Source of the DNA: a virus
Taxonomy: Duplodnaviria; Caudoviricetes
IMG/VR virus record: IMGVR_UViG_3300022918_000015
Location: 1-52,578 of that record
Length of the DNA stretch: 52,578 nt
Direction: 5' to 3' (one strand)
The position numbers were made by a program, and so were the translations under genes. Shown one piece after another: positions 48,184 through 52,578 of the stretch; position 1 is the stretch's first letter; the number at the start of each line of letters is the position of its first letter. The notes under the pieces were generated by a model. The model did no database searches. It had not been told where the DNA came from and worked only from the letters and a program-made list of their open reading frames with translations.

Positions 48184-48396
48184 TTATTTTTCGTCTTTTT
48201 TATTGTAAAACAATGTATGCATTAATGCTGCAAACATTATCATCAATCCAATCCAACTAAGTATTGTCATAACTACAGTCGTTCTTTTGTCTTGAGGTTC
48301 ATGTGCATCTACGTGGTTTCTAAGTAAAGCACATATTACAAACATTACTGCGCATCCGGTTAAATAACACCAGAATAAATCAAATAAGCTTATCAT
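48184..48396 (-). CDS. Small two-TM protein
   Basis: Hydrophobic 70-aa ORF. Confidence 0.6.
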   Translation of the reverse strand: MISLFDLFWCYLTGCAVMFVICALLRNHVDAHEPQDKRTTVVMTILSWIGLMIMFAALMHTLFYNKKDEK

Positions 48397-48400
48397 ATTT

Positions 48401-49102
48401 TTATAAATTGTTTTTAATATTATTTTGAACTTTGTTTATTTTATCCATTAATTCACTATATGCTATTTGATTGGCTCCTGATTTAAGTTTAATTTCTCTA
48501 ACTTGAGGATCAAATTTCTCATTAATAGTTGTTAATTGTAATTCTGCTTCAGATATTTTTCTTTTTAATTCACTAATAGTAGCAATTAATGAAGATTCTG
48601 TACTAGACCATTGTGACTTAACTTGTTCAAGTTTGTTTTCTCCTTGCTTTTTAAGTTGATTAAAATTATCCATTAAGGTCTTAGCATACTGATTTGCTTG
48701 AGTATCTAATACTTCTTTAGTAAGATTACCAGAAGTCATTGACAAAGCCATTTTAAGAGCTTCTGCTGATTCTAAATTACCAAACTTACTTAGACCTTGA
48801 AATATCTCAAAGAAGTCTACATCGGGCTTATTTAGCTTTGTAAACTGATCATTATAGGCTTTTCTAAGTTGATCTAAATAAGGATTAATTTCATCTTTAA
48901 AACCTTGAGATTCTTGTTTAAAATCAATAGCTGGTTCTGGAAATCCCATTATCTTAGACTCTTCTTTAGATTCGGGATCAAAAAAAGTAGGCGCTGGATT
49001 TCTTGAAGGGAAAGTTGTTTTTGGATTTTCAACAAAAGGTTTATTTTCTTGAGTTGTTTCATCTGGTTTAACAAAACCCATATTTTGTAAAAAACTTTTC
49101 AT
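48401..49102 (-). CDS. Coiled-coil protein, probable first gene of the envelope module
   Basis: Amphipathic N-terminus MKSFLQNMGFV, Pro-rich linker, PDVDFFE motif, coiled-coil C-terminus. Confidence 0.7.
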   Translation of the reverse strand: MKSFLQNMGFVKPDETTQENKPFVENPKTTFPSRNPAPTFFDPESKEESKIMGFPEPAIDFKQESQGFKDEINPYLDQLRKAYNDQFTKLNKPDVDFFEIFQGLSKFGNLESAEALKMALSMTSGNLTKEVLDTQANQYAKTLMDNFNQLKKQGENKLEQVKSQWSSTESSLIATISELKRKISEAELQLTTINEKFDPQVREIKLKSGANQIAYSELMDKINKVQNNIKNNL

Positions 49103-49332
49103 ATAAATAGTCTATTTTTAGGTAACTCATACCCATTTTTTGTTAAATATTCAGTTATATTTTCTTTCCAATTTTCTTTAGGTTTTTCAATAAAACACTT
49201 ATAATCTTCAGACATTAAATCTTTAGCTTCAGCTATTTTCCAGCCCTCACTATGTGTTTGATCAACGAATAAATCAGATATTTCATTTAATTCTTCTCTT
49301 GTTAATTCTGTTAATTTTTTTAATTTATTCAT
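49099..49332 (-). CDS. Hypothetical protein
   Basis: 77-aa tiled ORF. Confidence 0.6.
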   Translation of the reverse strand: MNKLKKLTELTREELNEISDLFVDQTHSEGWKIAEAKDLMSEDYKCFIEKPKENWKENITEYLTKNGYELPKNRLFI

Positions 49333-49631
49333 ATTTTTTCATTTATAATTTTTTCAAATAGATCATCTACATCAATTATTTTAGCCTCAATAGGTAGTTC
49401 TCCTGAAGAATACATACAAGAATTAATTGCTCTATAATATGTTCTATTGCATCCAAATAGTTCTCTCATCATTTCAGGTTTGATTTTGTGATAATCACTA
49501 AGTTCGTTATTCCAAGTAAATCCTAAATAATCTAAAACTTCGCAAAATCTATCTATATTATTATCATTTACTTTAAAGAAATAATAAGGTTGTTTTAAAT
49601 AGTCAATTACTCTTTGTTCAAAATCATTCAT
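49329..49631 (-). CDS. Paralog family C protein
   Basis: LKQPYYFF...FCEVLDYLGFTWNN. Confidence 0.65.
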   Translation of the reverse strand: MNDFEQRVIDYLKQPYYFFKVNDNNIDRFCEVLDYLGFTWNNELSDYHKIKPEMMRELFGCNRTYYRAINSCMYSSGELPIEAKIIDVDDLFEKIINEKI

Positions 49632-49857
49632 ATTGACATCTTCTTATTATTTTTACTTTATTCTTTTCTAAGCAATTTGATGTAGACTCAAATATTGTAT
49701 TATAATCATGACCAGAAACTCTATTTATTGAAATGACTCCATTTAATCTTCTTTGATATATTTTACCAATATCTTCTTTTTGATGCCATTCTACTGTTTC
49801 AAATAAATCCCCATCGTTTACATACTTTAAACTTATTACCTCTTCATTATCATTCAT
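49624..49857 (-). CDS. Small protein, family B-like
   Basis: Start moved to MNDNEEV to avoid the tRNA; VNDGDLFE...VKIIR. Confidence 0.55.
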   Translation of the reverse strand: MNDNEEVISLKYVNDGDLFETVEWHQKEDIGKIYQRRLNGVISINRVSGHDYNTIFESTSNCLEKNKVKIIRRCQYE

Positions 49858-49880
49858 TTTAACTCTAATTTTAGTTATAG

Positions 49881-49963
49881 CTCCCAGGGAGGGATTCGAA
49901 CCCACACACAAGTGATTGTACTACCTTCACAGATAGCTTGTCTACCAATTTCAACACCCGGGA
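49881..49963 (-). tRNA. Atypical class II tRNA (Leu-like body, 6-nt anticodon loop UGUGAA)
   Basis: Acceptor TCCCGGG/CCTGGGA, D arm TTG-AAATTGGTAGA-CAA, anticodon stem CTATC/GGTAG, variable arm TACAA/TTGTG, T loop TTCGAAT. Confidence 0.75.
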
Positions 49964-49976
49964 ATTTTAATTTATT

Positions 49977-50042
49977 TCGTAGAACGCAAAACATACTAAC
50001 TGATCAGGTTTTCAATTTTGCGTTTTTATTACAAAACTACGA
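49977..50042 (-). ncRNA. Candidate three-way-junction RNA between tRNAs
   Basis: TCGTAG/CTACGA enclosing AACGCAAAA/TTTTGCGTT and a short third stem. Confidence 0.4.
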
Positions 50043-50140
50043 CACTTTTTTATTTTGGACACTACTGGTCGAAAAGTATAAACGACCTCACGCATAGTAT
50101 AACTCTACAAGAATCACCAAGCTTTATTATCTAACTGTCG

Positions 50141-50218
50141 TGGACTTAGAGAGACTCGAACTCTCATGTAACCAAATTACGCTTTCTATTGGTTATGAGC
50201 CAAAGGCGATATAAGTCC
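50141..50218 (-). tRNA. D-armless tRNA-like RNA with CAU anticodon (Met or Ile2)
   Basis: Acceptor GGACTTA/TAAGTCC + A; TTGG-CTCATAA-CCAA; T arm GAGAG-TTCGAGT-CTCTC; only 8 nt between acceptor and anticodon stem. Confidence 0.75.
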
Positions 50219-50227
50219 GATAATTAG

Positions 50228-50311
50228 TACCGAGAACCAGATTTGAACTGGCACGAGCTATTAAGCTCACGGAATTTTAAGTCCCGCATGTCTGCATTCC
50301 ATCACCTCGGC
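50228..50311 (-). tRNA. trnL: tRNA-Leu(UAA)
   Basis: GCCGAGG/TCTCGGT + A; CGGGA-CTTAAAA-TTCCG; long variable arm GAGCT/AGCTC; GCCAG-TTCAAAT-CTGGT. Confidence 0.9.
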
Positions 50312-50346
50312 ATTGAGGTGTAAATATAAATATCTACACCAATTTT

Positions 50347-50426
50347 ATTCAGTCGTTTAAAGTACGAGCCTAGCATATCATTGCTTTCTCAATCTGTTTA
50401 ATTCCCTCTTCTTGTGGAACCTGAAT
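50347..50426 (-). ncRNA. Candidate multibranch RNA upstream of the tRNA cluster
   Basis: ATTCAG/CTGAAT closes three hairpins (TCGT/ACGA, AGCA/TGCT, TTCC/GGAA). Confidence 0.35.
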
Positions 50427-50590
50427 TAATTCTTCTTAAATATTCTCTTAACAATAAAGGAATTTAAATCCTTATGTAAATTAGTTAAGTTAAAAAACTT
50501 AGCAATACTATCTTCTTGCTTGTTTTGCTCTTCAATTTTGCCTTTTAAATAATCCTGATAATCTGCTTGATCTTGTGCACTAAATTTCAT
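50426..50590 (-). CDS. 54-aa protein (not in ORF track)
   Basis: MKFSAQDQADYQDYLKGKIEEQNKQEDSIAKFFNLTNLHKDLNSFIVKRIFKKN. Confidence 0.55.
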   Translation of the reverse strand: MKFSAQDQADYQDYLKGKIEEQNKQEDSIAKFFNLTNLHKDLNSFIVKRIFKKN

Positions 50591-50611
50591 AATATTATAT
50601 TTATTTTTTTT

Positions 50612-51190
50612 TTAATTTATAGTTTGATACTCTGCAACTTTTATATACTCAGAATCTTCTTCTGGATTACATTCAGCTTCCCATTCAACATTAGTAATCC
50701 ATTTTGTATTAGGATGTTGATTCATTTCTAAATAACCTAATTCACCTTCTTCAAAAATATTAGGATTACTAGATTCGTATATTTCATCATTATCATCTAA
50801 TACATCCATTTGTTTTTTAGATAACTTTGGAGCATAACACCATCCTCCATCTCCACCAACACAATATAAATGATTATTTAATGGATTTAAATATATTTCA
50901 TTATAATCATGACCATAATAAAATTTAGCTATTTTTTGAAGTTCTATAATATTATTTTTTAAAATAGATAAATCTGCTTTATACAGCTTAGTACTTTTAC
51001 TCCATTTAGAATCTATAGTAAATACACTTATATAATCATTATTTTTATCTTTAAAAACTCTTATTGAACCTTCAATTAAATTAAACTTAGTTACTCTTTT
51101 CCAATCAGAAACATAATATTCTGAATTAATTAAATCAATACAATCTCTTGTAGATAAAACTTTAACTTTTTTGTATATAAAATCATTCAT
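50612..51190 (-). CDS. Hypothetical protein
   Basis: 192-aa ORF. Confidence 0.7.
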   Translation of the reverse strand: MNDFIYKKVKVLSTRDCIDLINSEYYVSDWKRVTKFNLIEGSIRVFKDKNNDYISVFTIDSKWSKSTKLYKADLSILKNNIIELQKIAKFYYGHDYNEIYLNPLNNHLYCVGGDGGWCYAPKLSKKQMDVLDDNDEIYESSNPNIFEEGELGYLEMNQHPNTKWITNVEWEAECNPEEDSEYIKVAEYQTIN

Positions 51191-51195
51191 AAATT

Positions 51196-51492
51196 TTAAT
51201 TATATAATTGTAATTTACATACATATCCAAGGCTATAATTACCTTGATATTGATTAAAAGTAAAATTTATTGATTGTTTTTTGCCTTCAAATTCGCTAAC
51301 TAATTCTCTGTTAGAATCAATCATTTCGTAATTATGACCCACTTTTGATTTTGATTTCACATCTATTGCGTGAGCGTGTAGCTTCAATCTCTCTTCTTGA
51401 TAACCCACAGGATTTAATCTCAAAGTTTCTTTCCAATCACGTTTTGCGTCTTTAATTTCTTTTCTTCTTTTTAATTGTTCTTTAGTTGCCAT
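51196..51492 (-). CDS. Hypothetical protein
   Basis: 98-aa ORF. Confidence 0.7.
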   Translation of the reverse strand: MATKEQLKRRKEIKDAKRDWKETLRLNPVGYQEERLKLHAHAIDVKSKSKVGHNYEMIDSNRELVSEFEGKKQSINFTFNQYQGNYSLGYVCKLQLYN

Positions 51493-51506
51493 AATTATTT
51501 TTTTAT

Positions 51507-52577
51507 TTATTCTTTATAGATTTTTAGAGTATACTTTTCTTCTTTATTGTAAATCTTAATTATATAAATACCTTTTGGTAAGTTAGATAAATCGTGATTA
51601 TTTTTATTTAATTCTTGACCTAATATATTATAAACATTAAATTCATAATCTCTTATATTAGATATAATTAACTGATCATTATATATAAATGCTTTAACTG
51701 TCAAGTTGTTGATAATAACTGTTTGATTTAAATTATTATAACCTGTACTTTCTTCCCAAGTATTTTCATTAGCACATCTAATTGAATAAATAGGATTTGT
51801 AGGTATATCAATATCAGGTAAGTTTAAATATAATCTATAGTTTCCATTAGGTAAATTATTGTTAATAACATGATAAATTAAGCTACCGTTTACAACATCG
51901 CATTGCCAAAAGTTAGGATCTGTATTTAGTAATATGCTAAATTCCTGACCAGTTGCAATATTTTTATAAACAATATAAGCCTTTCTATCATTAACAAGAT
52001 TACCAAATCCTTTATTCTCTAGAGTAATAGAAATAGCATTGTTATTTATATAACTATTAAGTAATACAAATCTATATCCTAATCTATTAATTATCTCGCT
52101 TTTACAGTTATTTACTTGCCAATTATTCCAAACATCAGGATGATAAGACATATTTAAATAATTAAAATGAAATCTTTCCAATGTTAATAAAGCATTACTA
52201 CAATCTGTGCTTGGTGATATTAATCCACATGATTCTCCACCAGCAATAGTAAATCTCGTTTGACTATCTAAATATGAATATTCATTTGTTGTATTAGTAA
52301 ATCCTTCCCAACCTGTTCTTAAGAAACAATCATTATGATAACTCATCCTAGAAGCATTACTATTATTATACGCCTGTTCATTTGTTATAGCATTATTTCC
52401 TGTAATACTTCTCATTATACTTGGAGTTCTAAAAGCTATATTTCTTTTAGGACATAATTCAAATATTTTATTACCAATTTCAATTCTATTAGCTAATTGT
52501 GTAGCAGTTAAATTATCAGTATTGCCATAATTTGAACTATCATACCACTCACCATACTCACCTATAAATCCAGCTTC
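51507..52577 (-). CDS. DUF4832-type glycoside-hydrolase-like protein with T9SS C-terminal sorting domain (5' end outside window)
   Basis: Frame is open to the window edge (EAGFIGEYGEWY...FRTP); HNDCFL, GGE and RLGYRF motifs; CTD-like VYNILGQ...LSNLPKGIYIIKI...TLKIYKE. Confidence 0.8.
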   Translation of the reverse strand, partial: EAGFIGEYGEWYDSSNYGNTDNLTATQLANRIEIGNKIFELCPKRNIAFRTPSIMRSITGNNAITNEQAYNNSNASRMSYHNDCFLRTGWEGFTNTTNEYSYLDSQTRFTIAGGESCGLISPSTDCSNALLTLERFHFNYLNMSYHPDVWNNWQVNNCKSEIINRLGYRFVLLNSYINNNAISITLENKGFGNLVNDRKAYIVYKNIATGQEFSILLNTDPNFWQCDVVNGSLIYHVINNNLPNGNYRLYLNLPDIDIPTNPIYSIRCANENTWEESTGYNNLNQTVIINNLTVKAFIYNDQLIISNIRDYEFNVYNILGQELNKNNHDLSNLPKGIYIIKIYNKEEKYTLKIYKE

Positions 52578-52578
52578 T

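Noticed and set aside
17259-50097. Short + strand ORFs (17259, 18802, 20163, 25428, 27428, 31537, 38331, 38525, 39473, 46156, 47672, 49912)
   Set aside because: They overlap well-supported - strand genes or tRNAs and have no recognisable motifs.
1-52578. Stop-codon reassignment as in some crAss-like phages
   Set aside because: Genes tile densely under the standard code, TGA and TAG act as real stops, and no suppressor tRNA is seen.
1-52578. CRISPR array, integrase, transposase, intron or intein
   Set aside because: No regularly spaced direct repeats and no recognisable recombinase, splicing or homing-nuclease catalytic motifs by eye.
12942-52578. Host-type (TAnnTTTG) or phage-specific promoters
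   Set aside because: I could not find a convincing repeated upstream motif by eye; motif discovery and TSS mapping are needed.

Overview
AT-rich, gene-dense fragment of a crAss-like (Crassvirales-type) phage genome, probably infecting a Bacteroidota/Flavobacteriia host (T9SS C-terminal sorting domain, A-rich starts without Shine-Dalgarno). The + strand (1-12874) holds three translationally coupled giant virion/ejection proteins, including a single-chain virion RNA polymerase with a DFDID catalytic loop. A bidirectional terminator (12906-12937) separates them from a long - strand block. That block holds replication genes (ATP-dependent ligase, dUTPase, PD-(D/E)xK nuclease, RusA-like, primase, SSB-like, AAA_24, helicase), a phosphoesterase, a MoxR AAA+/VWA pair, arrays of small paralogous ORFs, an ABC-transporter/OmpA envelope module, three tRNA or tRNA-like genes and a T9SS-tagged glycoside-hydrolase-like gene. 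Most striking: (1) the giant proteins are cysteine-free except at the termini facing one another, suggesting a head-to-tail disulfide chain; (2) a two-copy covarying three-way-junction element and several other stem-bracketed intergenic elements; (3) a D-armless CAU tRNA-like gene and a Leu-type tRNA body with a 6-nt anticodon loop; (4) the phage-borne envelope module and an ABC ATPase truncated before Walker B. All calls come from reading motifs by eye; no searches were run.
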